The notes beneath the pieces are model-generated. The model was not told the origin of the DNA, searched no databases, and was given only the letters and a program-made list of their open reading frames with translations. A stretch of 64,000 nucleotides of DNA from Clostridia bacterium. Lineage in GTDB: Bacteria > Bacillota > Clostridia > Christensenellales > UBA1242. Made by a program: the position numbers and the translations under genes. The stretch lies in the NCBI GenBank assembly GCA_900768545.1, contig CAAGDD010000003.1:82097-146096 (forward strand), read 5' to 3'. Below are positions 35,983-46,420 of this stretch, piece by piece (position 1 is the stretch's first letter; each line of letters opens with the position of its first letter).

Positions 35983-37011
35983 ATGGCAAACGAAATATAT
36001 TATATCGGCGCAAATGATGAGCACGGAGTCAATCCACCAACACCTGGAAAACGCACTCCAATTATGCCAAATATGAATCGACCTATTTATGAAAACGAGT
36101 TTAATCGTGCAGCAAAAAATTATTTTATCGAAGCTTTGTTTCGAAACGGATTTTCAGTCTTTGATGTAAAGCCCGAACTGACCGATGTTTTGATCAGCCA
36201 ACGCGTAACGAGAATAAATCGTCAAAATCTTACACTTTTGGTGACCTTCGCTTACAACGCTTATGGAACAGAATTTAATTCTGCGTCGGGTCTTACGACT
36301 TATTATTCTTCAAAAAATAGACAATCTCAACAAAGCCGAACTTTGGCGCAAGATTTGTATAACAAACTCATTCAAAACACGCCACAGCGCGGACGCGGCG
36401 TTCAAGATTTAGATGTTGGAGTTTTGTCAAATGTAAATTGTGTTTCAGCTCTTATTGAAGCGGGATTTATGACAAATCTTGAAGAATCCCAACTTATGAT
36501 AAATCCGCTCTTTCAACAAGAAGTGGGCGAAGAGTCGTGTCAAGGCGTGTGTCAATATTTGAATGTGTCTTATCTTCCACGAAACAACCTTTCAAACTAT
36601 CCACTATTAAGACGTTCAAATCGCGGAAACTTTGTTTTTCTGTTGCAGTTTATACTCAATCAAACAAAAGCTTACAATCTTTCTGTTGACGGAATTTTTG
36701 GCGCAGCGACCGAAAACGCAGTCAAAGATTTTCAAAATATCAACGGCTTAACGGCAGACGGAATCGTCGGGCAAAACACTTGGAAGAGTCTTCTCATACT
36801 TCCACCATATCCAGTTTTGAGAAGCGGAAGTCGCGGCAATTATGTATTTTTCTTACAACGACTTTTGCAAAGCAAACTTGTTCCAACTGGCACAATCGAC
36901 GGGATTTTTGGAAACAACACACTCTCGGCGGTCAAAACATTTCAAGAACGAAACGGGCTTGCTGTTGACGGTATAGTGGGAGCAAACACTTGGGCTAAAC
37001 TCACCACTTAA
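35983..37011 (+). CDS. N-acetylmuramoyl-L-alanine amidase with two peptidoglycan-binding (PG_binding_1) repeats
   Basis: Amidase_3-like N-terminal half (ALIEAGFMTNLEE). Two C-terminal repeats: VDGIFG..T..AVK.FQ..NGL..DGIVG.NTW..L. Confidence 0.75.
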   Translation: MANEIYYIGANDEHGVNPPTPGKRTPIMPNMNRPIYENEFNRAAKNYFIEALFRNGFSVFDVKPELTDVLISQRVTRINRQNLTLLVTFAYNAYGTEFNSASGLTTYYSSKNRQSQQSRTLAQDLYNKLIQNTPQRGRGVQDLDVGVLSNVNCVSALIEAGFMTNLEESQLMINPLFQQEVGEESCQGVCQYLNVSYLPRNNLSNYPLLRRSNRGNFVFLLQFILNQTKAYNLSVDGIFGAATENAVKDFQNINGLTADGIVGQNTWKSLLILPPYPVLRSGSRGNYVFFLQRLLQSKLVPTGTIDGIFGNNTLSAVKTFQERNGLAVDGIVGANTWAKLTT

Positions 37012-37268
37012 ACAATTTGTTTTGAATCTGTCACAAATCAATTTGATTTTAATATGTTTTTTAAATAAAACATTTTAAAATATTTATAAACAAAAACATA
37101 TATCAAAATTTAAAGAAAAAAATGCAAGCGCTTTCTTTGTTTGTAAATATGTTTTGTAAATATAAAATATATTATGCAAATATAAAATAGATCACATTTA
37201 ATAAAACAAATTTAAAATCTAAATAAAAATAAACTTTATCATATAAGAAAAGTCTTATTAGATAAAGT

Positions 37269-37979
37269 TTATTTTTTGTTTACGTTCAAATATTTTAAAA
37301 GTTTTTCGCACTCCTTTTTGTCCATATCTTGTACGCCGTCAAGTCGATATTTTATGCCCAGTTTTTTATATTTTTCAACACCCATTGTGTGATAAGGCAA
37401 AAGTTCCACCTTTTCGACGTTTGATAAACTTTTTGCAAACTCGTTGAGTTTTTTCACATTTTCAACTGTGTCATTAAGACCAGGAACAATCACTTGACGC
37501 AACCACAACTTTTTGTTCTTTTTTTGACAAGTTTCGACAAATTTGAAAAATTGATCAATTTTTTTTCCCGTGAGTTTTTTATACTTTTCCGCGTCCAATT
37601 CTTTTACGTCCAAAATCACAAGGTCACAATAAGATAAAAGTTTGTCATAATCTTTTCCAAAACCCGAAGTGTCAAGACAGGTGTGAATGCCGTTTTCTTT
37701 GCAAAGTTTAAACACTTCACAAACAAACTCTGCTTGCGTCAAAGGTTCGCCGCCAGAGATTGTCACACCGCCAATATCCTTAAAATAAGGCTTGTATCTT
37801 TTGATTTTTTTTACTAATTCTTCGGGCGAAATTTGAATTTTTTGTTCGTCTTTGTTCCACATTTCAGGGTTGTGACAATAAAGACATCGAAGTGGGCATC
37901 CTTGCAAAAACACCACAAATCTCACGCCAGGCCCGTCAACAAGCCCCATAGTTTCAAAACCAGCTACATTTCCTATCAT
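37269..37979 (-). CDS. pflA: pyruvate formate-lyase activating enzyme (radical SAM)
   Basis: Start moved to ATG 37979. GCPLRCLYCHNPE radical-SAM cluster motif. Immediately downstream of pflB. Confidence 0.9.
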   Translation of the reverse strand: MIGNVAGFETMGLVDGPGVRFVVFLQGCPLRCLYCHNPEMWNKDEQKIQISPEELVKKIKRYKPYFKDIGGVTISGGEPLTQAEFVCEVFKLCKENGIHTCLDTSGFGKDYDKLLSYCDLVILDVKELDAEKYKKLTGKKIDQFFKFVETCQKKNKKLWLRQVIVPGLNDTVENVKKLNEFAKSLSNVEKVELLPYHTMGVEKYKKLGIKYRLDGVQDMDKKECEKLLKYLNVNKK

Positions 37980-37980
37980 T

Positions 37981-40215
37981 TTATCTTCCTTTGTGAAAAG
38001 TTCGGGCGATAACTTCTTCTTGATGAGCACGTGAAAGTTTATTAAAATTCACCGCATAACCCGAAACACGGATTGTCAAATTTGGATATTTCCAAGGATT
38101 GTTCATTGCGTCAACCAAAAGTTCACGATTTAAAACATTGACATTCAAGTGTTGTGCCATTTGAACAAAATATCCGTCCAAAATATCCACAAGATTTTTT
38201 ACGCGTTCTTTTTCGCTGTGACCAAGTGCATCTGGAACAATCGAGAAAGTGTTTGAGATTCCGTCTTGACAACAATCGCAATAAGGTATTTTTGCCACCG
38301 AATTGAGCGACGCCAAAGCCCCCGAACAATCTCGCTCGTGCATAGGGTTTGCCCCAGGAGCGAAAGGCTGACCGTCTTTTCTTCCGTCAGGGGTCGAACC
38401 GGTCTTTTTGCCATACATAACATTTGATGTGATTGTCAAAAGCGAGAGAGTGTGTTTTGCGTTTCTATACAATTTGTGCTTTTTAAGACAACTTATAAAA
38501 TATTTTACAACTTCAACGCCAATCTCATCGACCTTGTCTTCGTCGTTTCCATATTTTGGGAAATCTCCGTCAATTTCAAAATCAACAATTATTCCTTGTT
38601 CGTTTCGAATAGGTGTCACACGAGCATATTTGATTGCAGAAAGCGAATCTACCACAACAGAAAATCCAGCCGCACCAAACGCCATAACACGCTCAACATC
38701 AGTGTCGTGAAGAGCCATTTGCCCACGTTCATAAGCATATTTGTCGTGCATAAAGTGAATTATATTCATCGCGTCAACATAAGTTCTTGCGACTTTTTCA
38801 AGAGTGAGTTTATAATTTTTCCAAACATTGTCAAAAGTCAAAATTTTCTCTTTGTTTGGCTTAATTCCTTCAACGACCAAAACTCCGCTTTTTTCATCAA
38901 CTCCACCATTAAGCGAATAAAGCAAAGCTTTTGCCAAGTTGCAGCGCGCACCAAAAAATTGCATTTGTTTTCCTACTTTCATTGCCGAAACGCAGCACGC
39001 GATTGCATAATCATTTCCATAAATTTGACGCATAACATCGTCACCTTCATATTGAATAGCGTCAGTTTCAATCGAAATTTTTGCACAAAACTTTTTAAAG
39101 TTGTTTGGTAATTTATCCGACCAAAGCACAGTCAAATTTGGCTCTGGCGAAGGATTTAAGTTTAAAAGAGTTTGAAGATATCTAAATGAGTTTTTTGTAA
39201 CCAAACTCTTTTCATCGTCTGCCATTCCCGCAATACTTTCGGTCACCCAAGTAGGATCACCAGCAAAAATTTCGTCATATTCTGGGGTGCGAAGGTGGCG
39301 GACAAGTCGAAGTTTGATGATAAATTGATCAACAAGTTCTTGTGCTTCTTCTTCGGTCAAAGTTCCGTTTTTCAAATCTCTTTCAATATAAATATCCAAA
39401 AAGGTTGATGTTCTGCCCAAACTCATTGCCGCACCATTGTTTTCTTTTACAGCAGCCAAATATCCAAAATAAAGCCATTGCACTGCTTCGCAGGCATTTT
39501 GAGCAGGTTTTGAAATGTCAAAGCCATAGCTTTGAGCCATAAGTTTAATCTCTCCAAGTGCCTTGACCTGTTCTGCCACTTCTTCTTTAAGTCGAATATT
39601 ATCTTCACACGAAACATCAATTTTTGCCCAATCATTTTTCTTTTGTTCAATCAAAAAGTCAATTCCATAAAGTGCAACTCGGCGATAATCCCCAATAATT
39701 CTTCCACGACCATAAGCGTCAGGGAGTCCGGTCAAAAGTCCAGCTTTTCTAGCCTTTCGAATTTCTGGTGTGTAACAGTCGAAAACTCCATCATTGTGAG
39801 TTTTTCTAAATTCACAAAAATGTTTTTCTATCTCTGGATTCAACGCTTTTCCATAGGCAGCAAGAGCCTTTTCAGCCATTCTTGTGCCGCCATAAAGATT
39901 GACAATTCTTTTTAAAGGTTTGTCAGTTTGAAGCCCAAAAATCACTTCATTTTTCTTGTCAATATATCCGGGAGAAAACGAATTTATGCCCGACACAGCG
40001 TTTGTTTCAACGTCCAAAAGCCCGACCTTTGCTTCTTTTTCGAGCAACTTTTCACACTTTTGCCAAACCTTCTTTGTCTTTTCAGATTTTCCACACAAAA
40101 AACTGTCGTCGCCGCGATATTCTTTATAGTTTGAAAGAATAAAATCAGCCACATCAATTTTATCTTTCCAGTTTTCTCCTTTAAAACCTTTCCACGCTTC
40201 GATATTTTTATCCAT
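37981..40215 (-). CDS. pflB: formate C-acetyltransferase (pyruvate formate-lyase)
   Basis: Start moved to ATG 40215 (GGAGG 5 nt upstream). Glycyl-radical motif RVSGYAV; catalytic CCVS region (AIACCVSAM). Confidence 0.95.
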   Translation of the reverse strand: MDKNIEAWKGFKGENWKDKIDVADFILSNYKEYRGDDSFLCGKSEKTKKVWQKCEKLLEKEAKVGLLDVETNAVSGINSFSPGYIDKKNEVIFGLQTDKPLKRIVNLYGGTRMAEKALAAYGKALNPEIEKHFCEFRKTHNDGVFDCYTPEIRKARKAGLLTGLPDAYGRGRIIGDYRRVALYGIDFLIEQKKNDWAKIDVSCEDNIRLKEEVAEQVKALGEIKLMAQSYGFDISKPAQNACEAVQWLYFGYLAAVKENNGAAMSLGRTSTFLDIYIERDLKNGTLTEEEAQELVDQFIIKLRLVRHLRTPEYDEIFAGDPTWVTESIAGMADDEKSLVTKNSFRYLQTLLNLNPSPEPNLTVLWSDKLPNNFKKFCAKISIETDAIQYEGDDVMRQIYGNDYAIACCVSAMKVGKQMQFFGARCNLAKALLYSLNGGVDEKSGVLVVEGIKPNKEKILTFDNVWKNYKLTLEKVARTYVDAMNIIHFMHDKYAYERGQMALHDTDVERVMAFGAAGFSVVVDSLSAIKYARVTPIRNEQGIIVDFEIDGDFPKYGNDEDKVDEIGVEVVKYFISCLKKHKLYRNAKHTLSLLTITSNVMYGKKTGSTPDGRKDGQPFAPGANPMHERDCSGALASLNSVAKIPYCDCCQDGISNTFSIVPDALGHSEKERVKNLVDILDGYFVQMAQHLNVNVLNRELLVDAMNNPWKYPNLTIRVSGYAVNFNKLSRAHQEEVIARTFHKGR

Positions 40216-40330
40216 ATTTTCCTCCAAATGCTAAATATTGATATTGTTATTTAAAAAACACAATATGTAGTATATTTTGTTTTTTATTTGTCAAAATATT
40301 GTATTATATTTGTTAAATAAAGTCAACAAA

Positions 40331-40355
40331 AAAAGACAGAAATTTCTGTCTTTTA
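40331..40355 (-). terminator. terminator after yidC
   Basis: AGACAGAAA/TTTCTGTCT hairpin with a T-run on the minus strand. Confidence 0.65.
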
Positions 40356-40367
40356 AATTTGTTTTTT

Positions 40368-41738
40368 TTAGATATCTTTTCTGCGATAATCCACATCAAT
40401 AACATCTTTTTCTTTTTTCTTTTTGGCGTCAGCTTCAACCCATTTTTTAACAATCCAAGTGGTAAGTGGTGTGAGCGCAATCATCATAAGTTGACCGACA
40501 ATAATGTAAATCGCAAACATACTTGTATACATACTTGTGAAAATTCCCATAATAATAGGCATAATGAAATACATCATCTTGTTTGCAGGTTGGGCAGGTT
40601 GGTCTTTTCTCTTCATAAGTTTGTTTGAAAGCCAAATTGAGAAGAATGATGACAAAACAGCCAAAATTGTCAAAATGTAATATCCATTTTTTTCTTTTCT
40701 TATTTCGTCAAGACTAGGATTTTCGCCGATCACACAATCAAATATCTTTTCTTCATATTTGTTTGCTTTTTCGAGTTCTTTTTCTTCTTTTGAATAATAG
40801 GTGTTCAAATATTTTGTGATTTCACCCTTTGTAAACATAGGGTTTGTTGTTGACTCTGGTCTGTAAATGTTTTTAACCCACAAAAACTTTTCTTGTGTTT
40901 TTTGAAAATATTGTTTTGAAGTTTTTTCAGCAAGAGCCTTAAAAATTTCGTTGTATCCTGTGTCAGTGTTAAATTCCAAAGCAGTTGTTCCACTTTCTTC
41001 ACCTTCACCAGGAGTAGGTTCTACTGCCTTTTTAATAACATATTTATTCAAAATTTCAAAAATTTCTTGATTTGAAATTCTTTCTTCTCCAGAAAAATCT
41101 TCATAATCAAAATCAAGTTTTTGATTTTCGCCAAGATCGTTGCAAACAAAAGTAATTTGAAGTTTCTTCACTCCGTCGATTTCAACAAGATCAGCTTCCA
41201 TATCATATTCAGCGTTTACTGTTTTTGCTGCATCAATATAGCCTTTCAAAGTTGTTGCTTGAGGGTTTGTTCCTTCTTTGTCGTTGAGCATAATTACATT
41301 TGTGTATAAATATTTCATATTTTCATATTGATAAGAAATATTATAGTTTGCGATTGCTTGCAAGCTGTTCCACAATGTCAAAAACACAGTAAATTGCAAG
41401 ATCATTGTGATAAGCATTGGAATACAGCTTCCCATCATAGAAAATTGATATTTTTTGTAAATTTCAGATTGCTTTTGTTGCAAAACTCTTTGATCGTTTC
41501 CATAACGCTTTTGAATAGCGTCAAGTTCTGGCTTCATTTTGGCATTTAAGTCCATATTTTTCATATTGACTTTTTTGTTTATGATATCGACAACCGAAAA
41601 CAAAATTCTCACCAAAATAGCAACCAAAATAACCGCAACAATATAAGTGCCGACGCCGCTTTTAAAGGCATTCAAAATGCTTGGCCAAAAGCCGCTTGGC
41701 TGCGTGAGATTTACAAGCGAGGTGCTTACAAAATCCAT
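40368..41738 (-). CDS. yidC: membrane protein insertase YidC/Oxa1 family (long form)
   Basis: Synteny after rpmH-rnpA-yidD; multiple TM helices; basic C-terminal tail KKKKEKD. Confidence 0.75.
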   Translation of the reverse strand: MDFVSTSLVNLTQPSGFWPSILNAFKSGVGTYIVAVILVAILVRILFSVVDIINKKVNMKNMDLNAKMKPELDAIQKRYGNDQRVLQQKQSEIYKKYQFSMMGSCIPMLITMILQFTVFLTLWNSLQAIANYNISYQYENMKYLYTNVIMLNDKEGTNPQATTLKGYIDAAKTVNAEYDMEADLVEIDGVKKLQITFVCNDLGENQKLDFDYEDFSGEERISNQEIFEILNKYVIKKAVEPTPGEGEESGTTALEFNTDTGYNEIFKALAEKTSKQYFQKTQEKFLWVKNIYRPESTTNPMFTKGEITKYLNTYYSKEEKELEKANKYEEKIFDCVIGENPSLDEIRKEKNGYYILTILAVLSSFFSIWLSNKLMKRKDQPAQPANKMMYFIMPIIMGIFTSMYTSMFAIYIIVGQLMMIALTPLTTWIVKKWVEADAKKKKEKDVIDVDYRRKDI

Positions 41739-41989
41739 AAGTTATCTCCTTTTATATTTATTGGAACAGGGTCATATCCGCGTTTCTTTTGCCAAGGAAC
41801 ACAACGACATAGGCGTTTAATGCCCAGCCAAAACCCTTTAAAAATTCCAAATTCTTGCACCGCTTGAATCATATAATTTGAACATGTTGGATAAAAGATA
41901 CAAGCGTGTGGCAAAAGCGGTGAAATAGCATATTTATAAAAATAAACAGGAAGCAAAAATATATATTTAAATACTTTTTTTGCTTTCAT
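41726..41989 (-). CDS. yidD: membrane protein insertion efficiency factor YidD
   Basis: YKYAISPLLPHACIFYPTCSNYMIQAVQEFG motif. Start chosen at ATG 41989; overlaps the rnpA end. Confidence 0.85.
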   Translation of the reverse strand: MKAKKVFKYIFLLPVYFYKYAISPLLPHACIFYPTCSNYMIQAVQEFGIFKGFWLGIKRLCRCVPWQKKRGYDPVPINIKGDNLWIL

Positions 41990-42299
41990 TTTTTTTAAAC
42001 AACTTTTGCAAATCAATTTTAAGTTCTTCAAAAGACAAATTCACCGCGTTGTCTTTTGCGAGCAAAACAAAATTACAAAAAGAAGGAATAGTCAAAGATG
42101 TTCGCACAATCTCTTTTATCCTTCTTTTCAACAAATTTCTTTTGTTTGCTTTTCCAAGTTTTTTGCTGACAGAAATCCCAATTTTATAATCTTTATATTT
42201 ACTTTTAACGACAAACAAGGTGAAATTTTCGCTGTGGAATCTTTCACCTTTTTTATAGATATAATTGAATTGGTTGTTTTTTCTAAGTCTGTGATCCAT
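41967..42299 (-). CDS. rnpA: ribonuclease P protein component
   Basis: LRKNNQFNYIYKKG...KKLGKANKRNLLKRRIKE (RNR-like basic motif). Follows rpmH. Confidence 0.9.
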   Translation of the reverse strand: MDHRLRKNNQFNYIYKKGERFHSENFTLFVVKSKYKDYKIGISVSKKLGKANKRNLLKRRIKEIVRTSLTIPSFCNFVLLAKDNAVNLSFEELKIDLQKLFKKNESKKSI

Positions 42300-42311
42300 C
42301 TTTAAAAAACC

Positions 42312-42446
42312 TTAAGCAGCAAGGTGCTTTCTGCCTCTGTTTCTACGTCTTTTCAAAACGTTTCTTCCGCCTTGAGTTTTCATTCTTTGACGAAATCCGT
42401 GAACCTTATTTTTTTGTCTTTTCTTAGGTTGATATGTTCTTTTCAT
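42312..42446 (-). CDS. rpmH: 50S ribosomal protein L34 (44 aa; below the ORF-track cutoff)
   Basis: Manual translation: [52 protein letters not shown] lies upstream. Confidence 0.95.
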   Translation of the reverse strand: MKRTYQPKKRQKNKVHGFRQRMKTQGGRNVLKRRRNRGRKHLAA

Positions 42447-42735
42447 TTTTTTCTCCTTAATTTTTGCATATATCCTATTGCAATATGAATTTTCAAGTTT
42501 TCTGTGTCGATAATTGCATCAAAATATCGACCAAATTCAACTTCTTTTTGATTATAATTTATTTTACAATTTTTGTCAACTAGAAAATCACTCAATTTTT
42601 GTCAATTTGTGAAGGATTTTCACGTCTGCGATAGTTTTTAATATATTTAAAAATTTCGAACACTTTTACAATTTAAATTTGACAAAAAAACAACACAAAA
42701 AGTGCTGTTTTTTTTTATTTTAAAAATATTTTGTT

Positions 42736-43836
42736 TTAGCCAATCATTCTTACTGGCAAAATCAAATACAAAAATTCGTCGCCTTCAACAGGAACAATAA
42801 CGCAAGGATTTGCTGGACTGTTGAAACAAATTTTGATAAATTCGTCGCTGTTTGCTTTCAAGTTTTCCAAGAAATATCTTGCATTAAACGCAATCAAAAG
42901 TTCTTTTCCAGTCATATTTACTTGCACGTTTTCTTTAACATTTCCAAGTTCTGAATTTGATGTGATGCAAAGATTTTTTTCTTTAACTTCAAACTTAACA
43001 CAATTTCCTTGGCCAACTTTTGACAAAAGTGAAGCTCTTTCAAGTGCATCTTCAAATTGACTCTTGTTTACAATGCAAATTGTTTCATAATTTGCAGCGA
43101 TGATTTGTTTGTAATTTACAAAATCACCTTCCAAAAGGCGTGTGGTGAGTTTTGTGTCGCCAAAGTCAACCATCAAAGTGCTTTTATCAACATAAACATT
43201 TACGATATCATCAGAATCGTCCAAAATTCTTGAAATTTCTGCCAAACTTCTTGCTGGAATAACAATGCTCATTGTCAAATTTGAAACAATATGTTTTTTA
43301 ACTTTCGCAAGTCTATATCCGTCAAGTGCGATTGCGTTGATTTCATTTTTATCAATATCAAACAAAACACCTTTCAATATTGGTCTGCTGTCATCAACAG
43401 CAACTGAAAAGATTGTTTTGTTAATAATTGTTTTCAAATCTTTTTTTGAAATTCCAAAATAATCCAAACTTTCAATCTTTTTAAAAGATGGATATTCCAA
43501 AACATTGTAGCATTGAATAACGCTTTGGCTGTCATCATATTTGATGATAAGTTGGTTTTTGTCATTGATTTCGAGTTCGATCATTTCGTTTGTCAACTTC
43601 TTGATAAACTCTGTGATAAACTTTCCAGGAACAACAGCTTCGCCTTCTGTTTTGATGTTTGCTTTAATTTTCTTTTCAATAGAAAGGTCAGTATCAGTTG
43701 CACTCAAAGTAAGAGTGTCATCTTCTGCGACCATTTTGATTCCTTCCAAAATAGGATTTGTAATTTTGTTTGAAATAGCTTTGCTAACGCTCATAAGAGC
43801 ATCTGAAAGTTCAATTCCGTGACAACTAACTATCAT
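42736..43836 (-). CDS. dnaN: DNA polymerase III beta sliding clamp
   Basis: Start moved to ATG 43836 (GGAGAAG upstream). Clamp-typical N-terminus ...LSDALMSVSKAISNKITNPILEGIKM and C-terminus YLILPVRM. Confidence 0.9.
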   Translation of the reverse strand: MIVSCHGIELSDALMSVSKAISNKITNPILEGIKMVAEDDTLTLSATDTDLSIEKKIKANIKTEGEAVVPGKFITEFIKKLTNEMIELEINDKNQLIIKYDDSQSVIQCYNVLEYPSFKKIESLDYFGISKKDLKTIINKTIFSVAVDDSRPILKGVLFDIDKNEINAIALDGYRLAKVKKHIVSNLTMSIVIPARSLAEISRILDDSDDIVNVYVDKSTLMVDFGDTKLTTRLLEGDFVNYKQIIAANYETICIVNKSQFEDALERASLLSKVGQGNCVKFEVKEKNLCITSNSELGNVKENVQVNMTGKELLIAFNARYFLENLKANSDEFIKICFNSPANPCVIVPVEGDEFLYLILPVRMIG

Positions 43837-43890
43837 AATTTCTTCTCCTTCAACTGCAATTATTATAACACAACAGCGAGCGCGATGCAA

Positions 43891-44455
43891 CTTTAAATGT
43901 CAATTATTTTAAAATTTTTTTATATAATTTTTACTCTTATTAAGGGGTGTGGAAATGTGTATAACTCAATATTTTTTGCTTCAAACACCAACATATAGGT
44001 TTTAAAACGCGCAAAAAGCCACTATATTTTGTGATTTTTAAATGTGGAAAAATGTGGACAACTTTGTGCACAACAAACAAAAATTTGTCCACAAAACAAC
44101 AAAATAATTGTGGATAAAAAAATAATTAAAAAATATTTTTCAATTTATTTTTTAAACTTATTTTTAAAACTTATTTATTTTTTTTCATAAATTAAATAAC
44201 AATATTTTTTCAAAAATTGTTTTTCTCCGCTATTTATCTAGATAATAAATATTTTAAAAATAATACAAAAAATCACTTAAAAATGTAAAAAATTCACAAA
44301 AAAATTAATTTTTTTATTATTTTTATTAAATTTTTATTATTTTTTAAAAAATATAAAAAATTATTAAATAAATATTTTTAAAATATTTTTGTCATATTTT
44401 TTGACAAATTATTTGTGATTTAAAATTTAATATAAAATTTGTTGCAACTGATTCA
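43891..44455. other. candidate oriC (DnaA-box cluster plus very AT-rich unwinding region) in the dnaA-dnaN spacer
   Basis: Six DnaA-box-like 9-mers at 43948-44117, followed by about 320 nt of nearly pure A/T containing phased A-tracts (44246-44294). Confidence 0.7.
43948..44117. promoter_or_regulatory. DnaA box cluster
   Basis: TGTGGATAA, perfect, at 44109-44117. One mismatch each: TGTGGAAAA 44043, TGTGGACAA 44053, TTGTCCACA 44085. Two mismatches each: TTGTGCACA 44064, TGTGGAAAT 43948. Confidence 0.75.
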
Positions 44456-44818
44456 ATGTTCGGTGAAATTTCTGGACAAACTCAAATTGAAATGACAAAA
44501 CTTGCTTCAAAAGCAATTTTAAACTTTGAAGAATACGCTTCAGCAATCTCATTTGAAAAAGATTATCTCGCTTTTTGTGGAACTTTGATAGTAAATGAAG
44601 GAATAACATTAAATCTTGGTGGAAAAACATTTATATTGGCTATTGAATACAAAAACGGAAAATTTGTAGGAAGTGATAATATTGCAGATGTTAAAAATTA
44701 TGGAACTATCAAAAATGGCACGATAAATGCTATTGACGGATCTACCGTAAAAGAATATAAAAAACTCGGCACTTGGGAAAATGTTAAATCATCGGTTAGA
44801 TGGACAGCATTCTATTAA
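44456..44818 (+). CDS. hypothetical protein (120 aa) embedded between oriC and the dnaA 3' end
   Basis: ORF with protein-like composition (GTIKNGTINAIDGST beta-rich repeats) and its own terminator at 44822-44855, but no clear RBS. Could be a gene fragment. Confidence 0.4.
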   Translation: MFGEISGQTQIEMTKLASKAILNFEEYASAISFEKDYLAFCGTLIVNEGITLNLGGKTFILAIEYKNGKFVGSDNIADVKNYGTIKNGTINAIDGSTVKEYKKLGTWENVKSSVRWTAFY

Positions 44819-44942
44819 AATAAAAAAAAGCACATCAATTTGATGTGTTTTTTTTGTTTGATAAAAATTGTTATTTTAATAGATTTTTCTTTGTTTAAAT
44901 TCAATATACAACCACAAAAAAAAGACCGAAACGGTCTTTTTT

Positions 44943-46286
44943 TTATGACAACATATTTTTGATTTCGTTGATAAGGGTTTGAGTTTTTTTGTTGTTTTTA
45001 AGTTCTTGTGAAATCTTGTCGCGTGAGTGCATAATTGTTGTGTGGTCACGGCCGCCAAAGATTTTTCCAATATTTACAAGTGGAAGATTTAAAAGATCAC
45101 TTATCAAATAGATTGAGATCATTCTAGGTTCGACAATTTCTTTGCTCTTTTTCTTTCCAATCAAATCTTGTTCAGTCACATTGAAATAATCGCACACAAC
45201 ACCAATAATTTTTTCAGGTGTCAAGTCGTTTTTCATTTCTTCTTTTTCATTTTCAAAGACATTTTTGACATCTTCCATTGTTGCCATTTTCTTTCCAGAA
45301 AGTGTAGCCAAAAAGTAAACTTCTTTGAGTTTGCCGGTCAACTCTCTTACATTTGTGTCAATATGTTCGGCAATAAAATTGATAACATCATCTTCAACAT
45401 AATATTTTTCGATTTGACTTTTCTTGTGCAAAATCGCAATTCTTGTTTCAAGGTCAGGCTGTGAAATATCATGAATAAGACCATTCAAAAATCTTGTGCG
45501 AAGACGTTCTTCCAAAGTTGAGATTTCTTTTGGGTGACGATCAGAACAGAGAATAACTTGTTTGTTGTTCATAATAAGTTCGTTAAAAGTGTGGAAAAAT
45601 TCTTCTTGAATTTCTTTTCCTTTCGACAAAAATTGAATATCATCAACCATCAAAACATCAAGGTTTCGATAAAGCTCTCTAAATTCCATAATCGACTTGT
45701 TTTTTGATGATGACAAAAGTGAGTTTATATAAGATGTTGAAAATTGTTCACAAGTAACATATTTGATTTTAAGTTGTGGATTGTGTTTTCGAATATAATT
45801 TCCAATCGCGTGCATAAGGTGAGTTTTGCCAAGTCCAGAATTTCCATAAATGAAAAGTGGGTTGAAGTTGCTGCCAGGGTTTTGAGCAACGGCTTGAGCG
45901 GCGGTGTAAACAAATTGATTGCTTTTTCCAACGACAAAGTTGTCAAATGTAAATTCTTCGATAAAAGGATTTTTTTCTTCGACAGCCGAAACACTTTTTT
46001 CTTCAACATTGTTGTTTTTCATATATTCAATTTCTTCGTTTTGATCCAAAACAACAATTTTCAAAGGTTTTCCTACTACTTCAAAACAACAATCACCAAT
46101 CTTGTCCAAAAAGTTTCTCAAAATTTGATTTTTTGCCGAAACAGATTGAGCCACGACAATAAAATTGTCTTTGTCGTCAATTTCAAGTGGCTTGATAGTT
46201 TTGATCCAAAGCATAAAAGAAACAGACGAAACGCGAAGCTCCAATTTTTCCAAAACTTGTTGCCAAATAGTAGTTACTTCTTGCAT
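44943..46286 (-). CDS. dnaA: chromosomal replication initiator protein DnaA
   Basis: Start moved to ATG 46286 (GGAG upstream). Walker A GNSGLGKTHL, box VII, C-terminal DHTTIMHS DNA-binding motif. Confidence 0.95.
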   Translation of the reverse strand: MQEVTTIWQQVLEKLELRVSSVSFMLWIKTIKPLEIDDKDNFIVVAQSVSAKNQILRNFLDKIGDCCFEVVGKPLKIVVLDQNEEIEYMKNNNVEEKSVSAVEEKNPFIEEFTFDNFVVGKSNQFVYTAAQAVAQNPGSNFNPLFIYGNSGLGKTHLMHAIGNYIRKHNPQLKIKYVTCEQFSTSYINSLLSSSKNKSIMEFRELYRNLDVLMVDDIQFLSKGKEIQEEFFHTFNELIMNNKQVILCSDRHPKEISTLEERLRTRFLNGLIHDISQPDLETRIAILHKKSQIEKYYVEDDVINFIAEHIDTNVRELTGKLKEVYFLATLSGKKMATMEDVKNVFENEKEEMKNDLTPEKIIGVVCDYFNVTEQDLIGKKKSKEIVEPRMISIYLISDLLNLPLVNIGKIFGGRDHTTIMHSRDKISQELKNNKKTQTLINEIKNMLS

Positions 46287-46420
46287 AAATATCTCCAAAC
46301 AAAAGAATTTCGACAAAAAAACAAATACTTTGCCGATTTGTCATAAAAAATTATACCGCAAGACAAAATAAATTGTCAAGCAACTTGGCATATTTGAAAA
46401 ATTGTGTTAAAATAAAATCA

